NCBI GenBank assembly: GCA_038087875.1
Contig: CM075989.1
Span: 5,828,001-5,892,000 of the forward strand
DNA length: 64,000 nt
From: Malacoraja senta
Lineage: Eukaryota
Reading direction: 5' to 3'
Below the pieces are notes generated by a model. It ran no database searches, was not told where the DNA came from, and was given only the letters and a program-made list of their open reading frames with translations. Positions 36,764-50,269 of the stretch are shown one piece after another. Position 1 is the first letter of the stretch, and the number at the start of each line of letters is the position of its first letter. The position numbers and the translations under genes are program-made.

Positions 36764-39700
36764 ATAGAAACATAGAAACATAGAAATTAGGTGCAGGAGT
36801 AGGCCATTCAGCCCTTCGAGCCTGCACCGCCATTCAATATGATCATGGCTGATCATCCAACTCAGTATCCCGTACCTGCCTTCTCTCCATACCTCCTGAT
36901 CCCTTTAGCCACAAGGGCCACATCTAACTCCCTCTTAAATATAGCCAATGAACTGGCCTCGACTACCCTCTGTGGCAGAGAGTTCCAGAGATTCACCACT
37001 CTCTGTGTGAAAAAAGTTCTTCTCATCTCGGTTTTAAAGGATTTCCCCCTTATCCTTAAGCTGTGACCCCTTGTCCTGGACTTCCCCAACATCGGGAGCA
37101 ATCTTCCTGCATCTAGCCTGTCCAACCCCTTAAGAATTTTGTAAGTTTCTATAAGATCCCCTCTCAATCTCCTAAATTCTAGCGGGTATAAGCCAAGTCT
37201 ATCCAGTCTTTCTTCATAAGACAGTCCTGACATCCCAGGAATCAGTCTGGTGAACCTTCTCTGCACTCCCTCTATGGCAATAACGTCCTTCCTCAGATTT
37301 GGAGACCAAAACTGTACGCAAGACTCCAGGTGTGGTCTCACCAAGACCCTGTACAACTGCAGTAGAACCTCCCTGCTCCTATACTCAAATCCTTTTGCTA
37401 TGAAACCTAACATACCATTCGCTTTCTTCACTGCCTGCTGCACCTGCATGGCTACTTTCAATGACTATGCACCATGACACCCAGGTCTAGCTGCATCTCC
37501 CCTTTTCCTAGTCGGCCACCATTTAGATAATAGTCTGCTTTCCTGTTTTTCCCACCAAAATGGGTAACCTCACATTTATCCACATTATACTGCATCTGCC
37601 AAACATTTGCCCACTCACCCAGCCTATCCAAGTCACCTTGCAGACTCCTAGCATCCTCCTCACAGCTAACACTGCCCCCCAGCTTAGTGTCATCCGCAAA
37701 CTTGGAGATATTGCCTTCAATTCCCTCATCCAGTTCATTAATATATATTGTAAATAGCTGGGGTCCCAGCAGTGAGCCTTGCGGTACCCCACTAGTCACT
37801 GCCTGCCATTGTGAAAAGGACCCGTTTACTCCTACTCTTAGCTTCCTGTTTGCCAGCCAGTTCTCTATCCACATCAATACTGAACCCCCAATGCCATGTG
37901 CTTTAAGTTTGTATACTAATCTCTTATGTGGGACCTTGTCGAAAGCCTTCTGGAAGTCCAGATACACCACATCCACTGGTTCTCCCCTATCCACGCTACT
38001 AGTTACATCCTCGAAAAATTCTATAAGATTCGTCAGACATGATTTACCTTTCGTAAATCCATGCTGACTTTGTCCAATGATTTCACCACTTTCCAAATGT
38101 GCTGCTATCCCATCTTTAATAACTGACTCTAGCAGTTTCCCCACTACCGATGTTAGACTAACTGGTCTGTAATTCCCCGTTTTCTCTCTCCCTCCCTTCT
38201 TAAAAAGTGGGGTTACGTTTGCTACCCGCCAATCCTCAGGAACTACTCCAGAATCTAAAGAGTTTTGAAAAATAGTTATTCAATTGGTCCGCCATATCCT
38301 TGTTCCCCATGATCAACTCACCTGTTTCTGACTGCAAGGGACCTACATTTGTTTTAACTAATCTCTTTCTTTTCACATATCTATAAAAACGTTTGCAGTC
38401 AGTTTTTATGTTCCCTGCCAGTTTTCTTTCATAATCTATTTTTCCTTTCCTAATTAAGCCCTTTGTCCTCCTCTGCTGGTCTCTAAATTTCTCCCAGTCC
38501 TCCGGTATGCTGCTTTTTCTGGCTAATTTGTACGCATCATTCTTCGCTTTGATACCATCCCTGATTTCCCTTGTTATCCACGGATGCACTACCTTCCCTG
38601 ATTTATTCTTTTGCCAAACTGGGATGAACAATTTTTGTAGTTCATCCATGCAGTCTTTAAATGTCTTCCATTGCATATCCACCGTCAACCCTTTTAGAAT
38701 TAATTGCCAGTCAATTTTCGCCAATTCACGTCTCATACCCTCAAAGTTACCTTTCTTTAAGTTCAGAACCATTGTTTCTGAATTAACAATGTCACTCTCT
38801 ATCCTAATGAAGAACTCAACCATATTATGGTCACTCTTGCCCAAGGGGGCACGTACAACAAGACTGCTAACTAACCCTTCCTCATTACTCAATACCCAGT
38901 CTAAAATAGCCTGCTCTCTCGTTGGTTCCTCTACATGTTGATTTAGATAACTATCCCGCATACATTCCAAGAAATCCTCTTCCTCAGCACCGCTGCCAAT
39001 TTGATTCACCCAATCTATATGTAGATTGAAGTCACCCATTATAACTGTTTTGCCTTTGTCGCACGCATTTCTAATTTCCTGTTTGATACCATCTCCAACT
39101 TCACTACTACTGTTAGGTGGCCTGTACACAACACCCACCAGCGTTTTCTGCCCCTTAGTGTTTCGCAGCTCTACCCATACCGATTCCACATCCTCAAAAC
39201 TAATGTCCTTCCTTTCCATTGCGTTAATCTCCTCTCTAATCAGCAACGCTACCCCACCTCCTTTTCCTTTCTGTCTATCCCTCCTGAATATTGAATATCC
39301 CTGGATGTTCAGCTCCCAGCCTTGGTCACCCTGGAGCCATGTCTCCGTGATCCCAACTATATCATAGTCATTAATAGCTATCTGCACATTCAACTCATCG
39401 ACCTTATTACGAATGCTCCTTGCATTGAGACACAAAGCCTTCAGGCTTGTTTTTACAACACTCTTACCCCTTATACAATTATGTTGAAAAGTGGCCCTTT
39501 TTGATTTTTGCCCTGGTTTTGTCTGCCTGCCACTTTTACTTTTCACCTTGCTACCTATTGCTTCTACCCTCATTTTACACCCCTCTGTCTCTACGCTCAC
39601 ACATTTAAGAAACCCTTTCCCTTTAACTCCATCCTCCACTATCCCATTCGACACCCCACCCCACTTATTCAGTTTAAAACCACCCATGTAGCAGTGGCAA

Positions 39701-40022
39701 ACCTGCCTGCCAGAATGCTGGTCCCACACCTGTTAAGATGCAATCCGTCCCTTTTGTACAGTTCCCCCTTACCCCAAAACAGATCCCAGTGATCTAAGAA
39801 TCGAAATCCCTGCCCCGTGCACCAGTTCCTCAGCCACATGTTCAGGTCCCGTATCTCCCTGTTCCTGCTCTCGCCAGCACGAGGAACTGGAAGCAAACCG
39901 GAGATAACAACCCTGGAGGTCCTGCTTTTCAGCATTTTTCCGAGCTCTCTAAAGTCACTCTGCAGAATATTCATCCCCTTCTTTCCGACATCGTTTGTGC
40001 CGACATGCACTACCATTATATT
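36764..40022 (-). mobile_element. Near-complete but broken CR1 LINE (ORF1 esterase, APE, RT, 3' tail)
   Basis: ORF1 has VVHVGTNDVG..DGLHLN. APE has LNARSIRNK..GITETWL..YRPP..MGDFN..SDH. RT has QHGF..DFQKAFDKV..GVPQGSLLGP..KFADD. An internal deletion lies near 38270 and a frameshift near 37460; (ATAGAAAC)n tail on +. Confidence 0.95.
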
Positions 40023-40817
40023 TTCCTTGCTCTCAAATTTTTGTTGCAGAACCAAGGAATCACAGTCACAGAGTGGTTGCGGCATGAGGAGGGTCATTTG
40101 GCCCATCGGGTCTGTACTGGTCCCATGAACGAACAACCGGGCTGTCCCATGGCAACATTGCTTTGTATCATCCTGCAGCGTTTATTTCTTTTCAGATCCA
40201 TTTGGAATCTGCCCGCCGACTTCTCTCGCTGGCTGTGCATTCCACACCATCAACACTGCGATGGAGATATTCTTCCAGATAGACACACAAAAGCTGGAGT
40301 AACTCGGCGAGTCAGGCAGCATCTCTGGAGAAAAGCAGTGGGTGACGTTTCGCGTCGAGATCCTTCTTCAGTCTCGACGTTCCGATCCCACACATATTGC
40401 TCCTGATAGTTTTGTCCTTATATTCCCAACTACCTTCATTTCATCACCCCTTCTTCTTCATTCCTTTGCCAATGGAAATGTCATCTGCTCTCTCCATGTT
40501 TATTAAGGTCATAAATACAATTTGTTTTTTTTAAACGTATCCTTCAACTTGATTAGTTTCCCAATGTTCCTGTCTCTCTCTCATATCCAATCTCATTCAG
40601 TCTAGAAATAACTTCTCTGCCCAACTTATAACAGAAAGTTAAGAAATAAGATCAAAGGTCCAGACCAGCAACCCTCTCTGGCACTCAATAACATTAAGGG
40701 CAGCCAACTCTTAAATTTAAGGAGCTGTATATTAATGTAGGTATGGAACTTAACTTTGACAAATGATTCAAGCATTTTGATTCAGGCATGGTGGCACTGC
40801 AGTAGAGTTGCTGCAAA

Positions 40818-41063
40818 AGTGCCTGTCACACTCTCACGACCTAATTCACGACCTCTGCCGAGTTTGCCCTTGACATACTCGCAGCATGGTCGGCACGAGG
40901 TCGTAGGAGGTCATAGGAGGTCGTAGGTAGGTTGTAGTTAGGTCGTGATGCTAGTCGTAGGTACTCGTGGCATCAAGTAGGTCGGGGCGTTTTTCTAGCC
41001 TGATGAAAAATGTCCACGAGTAAAAATGGTCGTGAATTAGGTCATGAAAGTGGGACAGGCCCT
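40818..41063. mobile_element. PIF/Harbinger-type MITE, family D
   Basis: AGTGCCTGTCACAC.. and ..GTGGGACAGGCCCT|TTA. The interior is related to the 58337 element; the left TSD is degenerate. Confidence 0.75.
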
Positions 41064-41254
41064 TTACACTGTGTGAAGCACTGGAGACCCGGGTTCGATC
41101 CCGACTACGGGTGCTGCCTGTACAGAGTTTGTATGTTCTCCCCGTGACCACGTGTGTTTCGATTTCCTCCCACACTCCAAATGACGTACAGGTTTGTAGG
41201 TTAATGGCTTGGTATAAGTGTCAATTGGCCCTAGTGTGTGTAGGGTAGGGTATT

Positions 41255-41255
<1 letters not shown>

Positions 41256-41290
<35 letters not shown>

Positions 41291-42621
41291 ATAACTTTAA
41301 TTGTCATTCAGGTATACACATAGACACAGTGCACATTGAACGGAATTTCGTTGCACTGACTCTTCACAGTAGCAGCAGAATATAACATTTATATAGGCGA
41401 TCAGTAAAAGTGCTTAGTGTGTCCATAAAAAGTGCTTCATGTGCATAGTTAAAAAAGGAAAGTTTTTAAAAGTGGCAATGTATAAGAAAGTTTTAGCATC
41501 GGTTTGATTGTGAGTTCAATAGTCTTATGGCCTGGGGGATGAAGCTGTTGCAGAACCTGGTTGTCCCGCTCTTCATGCTGCGGTACCTCCTCCCAGAGTT
41601 CAGCAGTGTAAACAGACCATATTGTGGGTGTGTGGGGGCTCTGGTAATGCCCTTAGCTCTTGTCAGACAGCGTTTGTAACCAATGTCCATGATGGAAGGA
41701 AGAGAAGTCCCAATGATTTTTTCCGCTGTCCTCACCACTCTCTGAAGGCACTTCCAGTCCGCAGCTGTACAGCTGCCGCACCACATAGAGATGCAGCTGG
41801 TCATGACTGATTCAATGGTGCTTCTGTAGAATGTGGTGAGGATGTGGTGGAGGTGTGATCTTCTCATCCTGCGGAGGAAGTACAAACGCTGCTGTGCCCG
41901 TTTTACCAGAGATGTGATGTTTGTAGTCCAAGTTAAGGTATCCGTTATATGCACACCCAGGAACTTGATGCTTTTCACCTGCTCCACTGCTAAGTTGTTG
42001 ATGCACAGCGGAGTGTGACTGGGTTGATTTTTCTTTCTGAAGTCGACGCCAATCTCCTTGGTTTTGTCCACATTTAGGAGAAGGTTGTTCCTGCTGCACC
42101 AGCTCACCAGCTGCTCCACCTCCTCTCTGTATGCCTGGTCGTCGTTGTTGCGCATGAGGCCCACTACTGTTGTGTCATCCGCGTATTTGATGATATGGTT
42201 AGTAGTGGACTTGGCGACACAGTCATGTGTCATCAATGTGAAGAGCAGCGGACTCAGGACACAGCCCTGAGGGGAGCCGGTGCTCAGAGTGATGACCGAG
42301 GAGGTGTTCTTCCCCACCCGCACAGACTGGGGTCTTTCAGAAAGGAAACCCAGGATCCAGTTGCATAGTGTGGTATTGAATCCTAGGGGTGCCAGTTTGC
42401 TCACCAGATGCTGGGGGATTATCGTATTGAATGCTGAGCTGAAGTCAACAAACAGCATCCGCACGTTGGTGTTCTTCTCCTCCAGGTGTTGTAGGCTCAG
42501 GTGGACTGCAGAGGAGATAGCATCCTCTGTGGAGCAGTTCGGGCGATAAGCAAACTGGAACGGGTCAAAACTGGAGGGGAGTTTAGAAACCATGTGCTGC
42601 TTAATAAGCCTCTCAAAGCAC
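41256..42621 (-). mobile_element. 5'-truncated Rex1/Babar LINE with an open RT-to-C-terminus frame
   Basis: Translates as [59 protein letters not shown], with a (TTA)n tail. Confidence 0.93.
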
Positions 42622-43111
42622 TTAATGTGCGGGGATCGCTGGTCGGCGTAGACTCGGTGGGCCAAAGGTCCTGTTTCTGCGCTGTATCTCTAAACTAAAA
42701 CTATTGTCCCATTGTCCAGGGAACTGTAAATATGAGGGATGTTCCAATAATCGAAGGTCATTTGGCTGTCTTGCTCTTTCTTTTGCCATCGAAGTAATTC
42801 CGAGCCACTTAAATGTACCAAAACATGGTGAAGTATACATTTTGTGTAAAATGGGCATGTTTTCTGTTGGTTTTGTTTCGAATGAGTGACTGATCAAATG
42901 GGCCGTGCGAGGGAGATTTCCAGTTTACAGGATTCGCAAACCAACTATAACGAACCTTGCAGCTGAGCTGTGAGTTGATAGAGATTGGGCGTTGTGTTGA
43001 ATGTCAGGGAGAAAAAAGCAACTGTAATACAGTTGATAAGAAAATAGCATGCAAATTGTTGCATGGAAACGAAACCCTTGGCTTTCCTGCCCTCAGGATG
43101 GAACAGTGCTG

Positions 43112-43385
43112 GGGCGGCACGGTGGCGCAGCTGTAGAGCCACAGACCCCGGTTCGATCCTGACCGCGGGTGCTGTCTGTACGGACTTTGTACATTCTCCA
43201 AGTGACCACGTGGGTTTTCTCCGGGTGCTCCGGTTTCCTCCCACATGTACAAGCTTGGCTTTGGTAAAAATTGTGAATTGTCCACAGTGTGTGTAGGATA
43301 GTGCGAGTATATGGGGATCGCTGGTCAGCGCGGACTTGGTGGGCCGAAGGGCCTGTTTTAGTGCTGTATCTCCAAAAATAAGCTA
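43112..43385 (+). mobile_element. HE1-like V-SINE
   Basis: Head, V-domain and tail motifs present. Confidence 0.85.
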
Positions 43386-43739
43386 AAGTAAAGGAATGTG
43401 TGGAGAATAAATTTGTTCTTTGTTGTATCCACTGAGTCCACAATGTGGTGGCCTGTAAGTATCAATGGGACCAATCTACTGCATGTTGCTGTATGAACAT
43501 GCATTTCAAGGACCTCTTTTATACCCCAAAAAGGTTCTGTTAAGTTTGAGTCATAGGGTCGTGAAGTTATACAAGATCGATACAGGCCCTTCAGCCCAAC
43601 TTGCCCATACCGACCAAGATGCCCCATCCATACAAGTCCCACCTGCCCATTAAACCTCCCCTAGTGATACAGGGACAGAATAGATCAGATATGCTTTGGT
43701 GTTAGTGTATCGCTATCCTCAAAACACTTATAAATAAGA

Positions 43740-44350
43740 AGTAACTTGCATTTATACATCATCTTAAGTCGCAAGTCTACTTACAAGTCCAGTCCTTGTG
43801 GTAATGGAGAAAATGTTGACAGACACAAGTTGCAAACAGATCCCACACACAACAATCCTTAATATTAATTTAGTTTGAGAGATACAGCATGGAAACGGAC
43901 CCCTTGGTCCACCGAGTCCATACCGACCATCAAGCACCCGTTCATACTACATCTATGTTATCCCACCCTACTGCATTCCCTATTCACGAGCAGGAACCTC
44001 ACAGAAGCCAATTAACCAACAAAGCTGCACATCTTTGGGATGTGGGAGGAAACCGGAGCACCCGGAGGAAACCCTGCGGCCACGGGGAGAAACGTGCAAA
44101 CTTCACACAGACAGCACCCAAAGTCAGGATTGAACCCGGGTCTCTCGAGCTGTGAGGAGGCAGCTCTATCAACTGCTTGACTGTGATGCCCTAACAACAT
44201 AATCGCCAGCGGTGAGGCCATGACTTCTTTGGCAATCTGGAGAGGTGATGGTGGTGAGCAAGGTGCTTATCGATGAGCAGTTGGTCCAAGGATAAATATT
44301 AACTGGGACATGGACAACAGCAATTGTTTCCTTCAAATAATGTCATAGGA
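43740..44350 (-). mobile_element. Degenerate Deu-domain (SacSINE1-like) SINE split by an HE1 SINE (about 43870-44190)
   Basis: AACTTGCATTTATA..TCCCACACACAACAAT and GGATAAATATT..GGACA..CTTCAAATAATGTCATAGGA resemble the reverse strand of SacSINE1/Deu SINEs as recalled; not aligned. Confidence 0.4.
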
Positions 44351-46100
44351 CAGTGGAGGCCAAATCCATGGATGGATTTAAGAGAGAGTTAGATAGAGCT
44401 CTAGGGGCTAGTGGAATCAAGGGATATGGGGAGAAGGCAGGCACGGACTATTGATTGGGGACGATCAGCCATGATCACAATGAATGGTGGTGCTGGCTCG
44501 AAGGGCCGAATGGCCTCCTCCTGCACATATTTTCTATGTTTCTATGACTTATTCTTCACTGGACATTTAATTCAGATAAACATTTCATCTTGGTATGACA
44601 GTCATGTCATGTCTCACACAGTATGTGGCAGGGCTGGGAGGAGTGTCGTAGAACAGGGAGATCGAAGGATGTAGGCACAAAGTTCCTTCAAAGTGGTGAC
44701 ACTGGGTGGTGAAGAAGGCATTTGGCATGATTGCCTTCATCGGTCAGTGTATGAGTACAGGAATTGGGATGTAATTTTACAGCTGTAATGATGTTAGTAA
44801 GGCCATATTTGGTGTGCCCTGTACCATTCTGGTCCCCTTGCGAGAGGCAATACATCACTAAACTGGAAGGAGTAAAAAAAAAAGATTCACAAGGATGTTA
44901 GCATGTCTGTAGGGTTTGAAGTATCAGGAGAGGTTTGATAAGCTGTTCCCTTTTCCCTGGAGTGTAAGAAGCTAAGGGCACTTTTGTAGAGGTTTTATAA
45001 CATCATGAGATGAGGTGAATAGCCACTGTCTTTATTTTCACCAGAGTAAGAGAAGAAGGCATAGATTTACAGTGAGAGTTGAAAGATTTCAACACAGAGG
45101 GTGGTGCATGTATGGAACAAATTTCTTCTGGAAGTGGGTACAGTCACAATATTTAAAAGACACTTGGGCAGGTACATGGATATAAAAGGTTTGGAGGGAT
45201 ATGGGGCAGGCGTGGGCAAATGGGACTCACTCAGTTAGGTAACTGGGTTGGCATGGATGGGTTTGGCTGAACGGCCTATTTTCACACTGTATTACACTAC
45301 TGTTAGCATATGTCGTTCTCTCTATCAGGGCAGGTAAAGGCTTGGGTCAACATTTCATTAAAAAAAAACATGACTTGCTGGAAAATTCCCTGAGCTCAAC
45401 ATTTAAAAGTCAGCCACCAACTGAATTATCTGAGCATGTCATGTTCTGTTCACAAGTCATAAGGTCATAAGGTCATAAGGAATAGGAGTAGAATCATGAC
45501 TGATCTATCTCTCCCTCCCTCCCATTCTCCTGTCTTCTCCTCGTAACCTCTGACACCCATACTAATCAAGAATCTATCTATCCCTGGCTTAAAAATATCC
45601 ATTGATGGCCTCCACAACCTTTTGTGGCAAAGAATTCCACAGATTCATCACCCTCTGACTAAAGAAATATCTCCTCATCTCCTTCCTAAAAGAATGTCCA
45701 TTAATTCTGAGGCTATGATCTCTGGTCCTCGACACTCCCACTAGTGGAACATCCTCTCCACATCCACTCTATCCAAGCTTTTCACTATTCTGTATGTTTC
45801 AATAGACAATAGGTGCAGGAGTAGGCCATTCAATGTGATCATGGCTGATCATCCACAATCAGTACCCTGTTCCTGCCTTCTCCCATATCCCCTGACTCCG
45901 CTATCTTTAAGAGCCCTATCAAGCTCTCTCTTGAAAGTATCCAGAGAACCGGCCTCCACCATCCTCTGAGGCAGAGAATTCCACAGACTCACAACTCTCT
46001 GGGTGAAAAAGTGTTTCCTCATCTCAATGACGTCCCCCGTCATTCTTCTAAACTCCAGCGAGTACAGGCCCAGTGCCATCCAACGCTCATCATAGGTTAA
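44350..46100. mobile_element. Stack of CR1 3' fragments (+ 44350-45300, - 45455-46100)
   Basis: Repeated GAGTTAGATAGAGCTCT..GGGGAGAAGGCAGG motifs and an LYSLEFRRM translation. Confidence 0.75.
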
Positions 46101-46319
46101 ATGGGAACAACGTACACTTATGTATTAGCCTTAACTCAGTAAATCACCCTAAGGTGGTTCGTGTGAAAGCACTCAGGTAAAAAATTATATTTGCATTGCC
46201 ACGGAGTAATCTTCGTCAAATCACAGTATGCGAGCATCAAAATATACCATTAATCTTTGGCCAATGAACTTTGAAGAGGGTATAGTTGTAAGGGAAGGTA
46301 TGTAGTTCCAAACCCTTGA

Positions 46320-47010
46320 AGAACTGCAGAGACCGCTCCCTCAGTATCTCCGTGGTCAATTCGTCCCTTCCCACCCGAACACCCCCTCTCCTGGCAGTTT
46401 CCCTTGCAACCGCAAGAAATGCTACATTTGTCGCTTTAACTCCCCCTTGGCCCCATTCAAGGACCCAAACAGTCTTTCCAGGTGTGGCAGAGGTTCACCT
46501 GCACCTCCTCCAACCTCATCTATTGCATCCGCTGCTCTAGATATCAGCTGCTCTACATCGGTGAGCCGAACACCTCCGCTCGGTTCGCAATAACCAAACT
46601 GATCTCCCGGTGGCTCAGCACTTCAACTCCCCCTCCCATTCCGAATCCGACCTTTCTGTCCTGGGCCTCCTCCATGGCCAGAGTGAGGACCACCGTAAAT
46701 TGGAGGAGCAGCACCTCATATTTCGCTTGGGCAGTTTGTACCCCAGCGGTATGAACATTGACTTCTCTTATTTCAGGATAGTCCTTACTCCTCCTCCCCC
46801 TCTCAGCTCTCCCTCAGCCCTCTGGCTCCACCTCTTTCCTTTCTTCCTCCCGCCCCCCCCCCCCCCCACCCTCACATCAGTGTGAAGAGTGGTTTCGACC
46901 CGAAACGTTGCCTATTTCCTTCGCTCCATAGATGCTGCCTCACCCGCTGAGTTTCTCCAGCATTTTTGCCTACCTTCGATTTTCCAGCATCTGCAGTTCC
47001 TTCTTAAACA
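46320..47010 (+). mobile_element. Penelope-like 3' part (GIY-YIG remnant plus pseudo-LTR)
   Basis: Translates as QRFTCTSSNLIYCIRCSRYQLLYIGE and AQHFNSPSHSESDLSVLGL..LEEQHLIFRLGSL.PSGMNIDF. Confidence 0.9.
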
Positions 47011-47414
47011 TGAAGAACACGTTAACTTGTGGTTCTAATTTTATCTGGAGAAAAGACAACAAAGATTCAAGTCTTCATTCATGTTGAATTCACTTATAAA
47101 GATGCGTGCATCTCTGGCAAGGCAAGCATTTGTGGCCCATCTCAAATTGTCCCATCAACTACCTCTTTCAGATGCTGGTAACCTTCTGGTGAAGCTGGTC
47201 ACACACAACTACTGGGCAGGGTATGCCAGAATAAAAGCCCAACAATAAGGGGACTCAGTCATTGCCTGGATTGAAGCAATAGGATTTCAGATTGGAAAGG
47301 AAAATGGGATGTGGCTTTCGTGGAGCAAACTCAGAGTGAAGTAAAAGGCTAGCTATGACCTTACTCTGTGGTCTAACAGGCATGAGAGGTTGAAGAGTCT
47401 ACTCTTATTAGACC

Positions 47415-47668
47415 TTAGAGATACAGCGCAAAAACATGCCTTCAGCGCACCGAGACAACGATGACCAGTCATCGCGCACACTAACACTATCCTCCACACT
47501 AAGGACAATTTATGTCTTTATCGAAGCCAATTAACCTACATACCTGCACATCCTTTGGAGTGTGGCAGGAAACCGGAGCACCCGGAGAAAACCCACGCGG
47601 TCACAGGGAGAACGTACAAACTTCGTACAGGCAGCACCCGTAGTCAGTATTGAATTTGGGTCTCTAGC
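47415..47668 (-). mobile_element. HE1-like V-SINE, partial
   Basis: V-domain and tail motifs present. Confidence 0.75.
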
Positions 47669-50269
47669 ACAAGGTCTCTGGTGTGTCAAATACATCCGAT
47701 CTTCCTTGCTCAGTCATAGAGTCACAAAGCTGTACAGCACTGAAAAAGGGCTCTTCATCCCACTATATCTATATTGCCCAAGTTGGCATACTGGGAAAAT
47801 AGACACCAAGTGCTGGAGTAGCTCAGCTGATCAGGCAGCATATCTGGAGAAAATGATTAGGTGACATTTTGGGTTGGTACCCTTCTTCAGACTGAAAGTA
47901 GATTGGGGGTGTGGGGGAGGTAGGACAAGGCCAGAACAAACAGGGCCGGCGTACTGGGCTCATCACATTTTGCCTGCAATTGGCCATAGACCTCCATATA
48001 TTTCACCCTACCATTGAAGTATCTGAGGGTCAGTTGAGTAGATAGACCCTAAGGATCATAAAATAGTTACATCACAGACGTAGTCCATTCACCCCCATCG
48101 ATCCTGGCTGAGAGCCTAGGGTAATGTTAATTAGTCCAGTTTACCCTAGAGCCCAAGTGATTTGAGAAGTCAACGCTGTGTTTCTCTTTCCAACGACTCA
48201 GCTGACTTTCCAGCATTTCATGCTTTTGTTTACTTTTTCCAATCCTTTCTTCGAGAGCCACATTTCAAAGGATTCAAAGCACAAGTGATTTATATGTTCT
48301 GAAGCAGTCAAAATAAATTGGCAAACGTATCGTTTAAGAGCGTAGAATACAATGCTGTGCTCGGTATTTGAACTGTCTCCCCGTGGCCCCTCTGGGCCCT
48401 TCTTCTGTCCTCCACACCCGTTCATCTCTGCGCCCAATCTCCCTGCAATCCCTTTTCAAACACATTACAACTTTCCAATTTTTAATTCTGGGGAACTTGT
48501 GCCTTTAAAGTCCAGGAGGTGGGGATTCGGTCTGTAATGCCTGAAAGCCAATCAAAATAACATTAACTTGGCATAAACATTTCTCGAGTCTGCTGAACAC
48601 GAGGGTGGTTTTCTGTCTTATTTGAGCTTGTACATGCCCAGTGTACAGTGTGAGTGAGATATATACAGCCTTAGGTGGAGGCGATGTGTACACACTGTTT
48701 GGTATCTTAGCAACACTTCATAATTTCCTTCTGGCTGCCCCGGCAGTAAAGTTCCCATTTGAAGTTGCTGCCCTGAAACAAGGCCCTTGGCAACATCTCC
48801 ATGCTGTGTTTCGGTTGCAAACACAACCGTCCGAGTTGTGGCCCCGTTCCCAGTTCGTTCTCGGAGCCCCCGCTGTGGCCGAGAGCCCGTGCCCACCCCC
48901 CCTCGTGGGGTGTGACGAGCTGCTGTTCCTGGCCTTCCTCCTGGTCCACCGGCTCCACTGCCGCACCTGCAGCCTGGGCAGGTGGCGGGCAGTCAGGGAG
49001 CCAACATGATGCCAAACGCGCAGAGTCAATAGGATTATGGCTTCCCACCGCAGGCGAAAAAAATAGCTATCTCACTCTGTGATCCTGAACTGAGGCCAGT
49101 GAAGAGCAATAGACAATAGACAATAGACAATTGACAATAGACAATAGACAATAGACAATAGGTGCAGGAGTAGGCCATTCGGCCCTTCGAGCCAGCACCG
49201 CCATTCAATGTGATCATGGCTGCTCATCCCCAATCAGTACCCCATTCCTGCCTTCTCCCCATATCCCTTGACTCTGCTATCTTTAAGAGCCCTATCTAGC
49301 TCTCTCTTGAAAGTATCCAGAGTTCAAGTTCAAGTTCAAGTTTCCTTTATTGTCATTCAGACCTTTCGGTCTGAACGAAATTGTAATGCCTGCAGTCATA
49401 CACAGAACCAATAATAACAAAACATACAATAAACACAAATTAAACATCCACCACAGTGAGTTCACCAAGCACACCCTGACTGTGATGGAGGCAAAGTCTT
49501 AGTCTCCGTCTCTTCCCTCCTTGTTCTCCCTCTGCGCTGAGGCGATCGATCCAGGCCGAAGATGCCGCCCTCCAGTCCAGTTCGACGAGAACCTGCCTCC
49601 ACCGCCTTCTGAGGCAGAGAATTCCACAGACTCACCACTCTGTGAGAAAAAATGTTTTGTCGTCTCCATTCTAAATGGCTTACTCCTTATTCTTAAACTG
49701 TGGCAGTCAGAATAGAAACAAAATGCTGGAGTAACTCAGCGGCACAGGCAGCATCTCTGGACAGAAGGAATGGATGCTGTTTTGGGTCGGGTTACTCCAG
49801 CATTTTGCGATGCTGCCTGTCCCGCTGAGTTACTCCAGCATTTTGTGTCTATCTTCGACGTAAACCAGCATCTGCAGCTCCTTCCTAGACAAGAGCAGTG
49901 AGATTTATTTTGCAGAGTATTTATTATTGTTGTCTCTCCAGGTTTCTGCCCATGTTTGTTCCTTTACTCCTCCCTGCTGTGTTTCATTTAGTTGCTGTGG
50001 TGGGTGGACTGCTGTGTTCAGTATCCTCCACACATTATACTTGCTGCGGATTCAATGGAATGTCACAGAATGGCACATAGGCTATTCGGGCCATCACTCC
50101 TCTGCTGGCTCTTTATAAGACGGTACATGGTACATGGATACATTTCGAGGGATATGGGCCAAACGCGGACTGGTGGGACTACTGTAGATAGAGCATCTTG
50201 GTCAGCAAGGGCAAGTTGGGCTGAAGGGCCTGCTTCCATGCTGTATGACTCTATGGCTATTATAAAACA

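Larger units (their letters stand above)
40785..42702 (+). mobile_element. HE1-like V-SINE split by a MITE and a Rex1 LINE
   Basis: Head at about 40785-40814, body 41067-41252, tail 42622-42702. Confidence 0.8.

Noticed and set aside
48707..49048. 113-aa ORF ending in CC (Rab-like prenylation motif)
   Set aside because: No GTPase motifs, and it is one of several overlapping ORFs in GC-rich DNA; not called as CDS.
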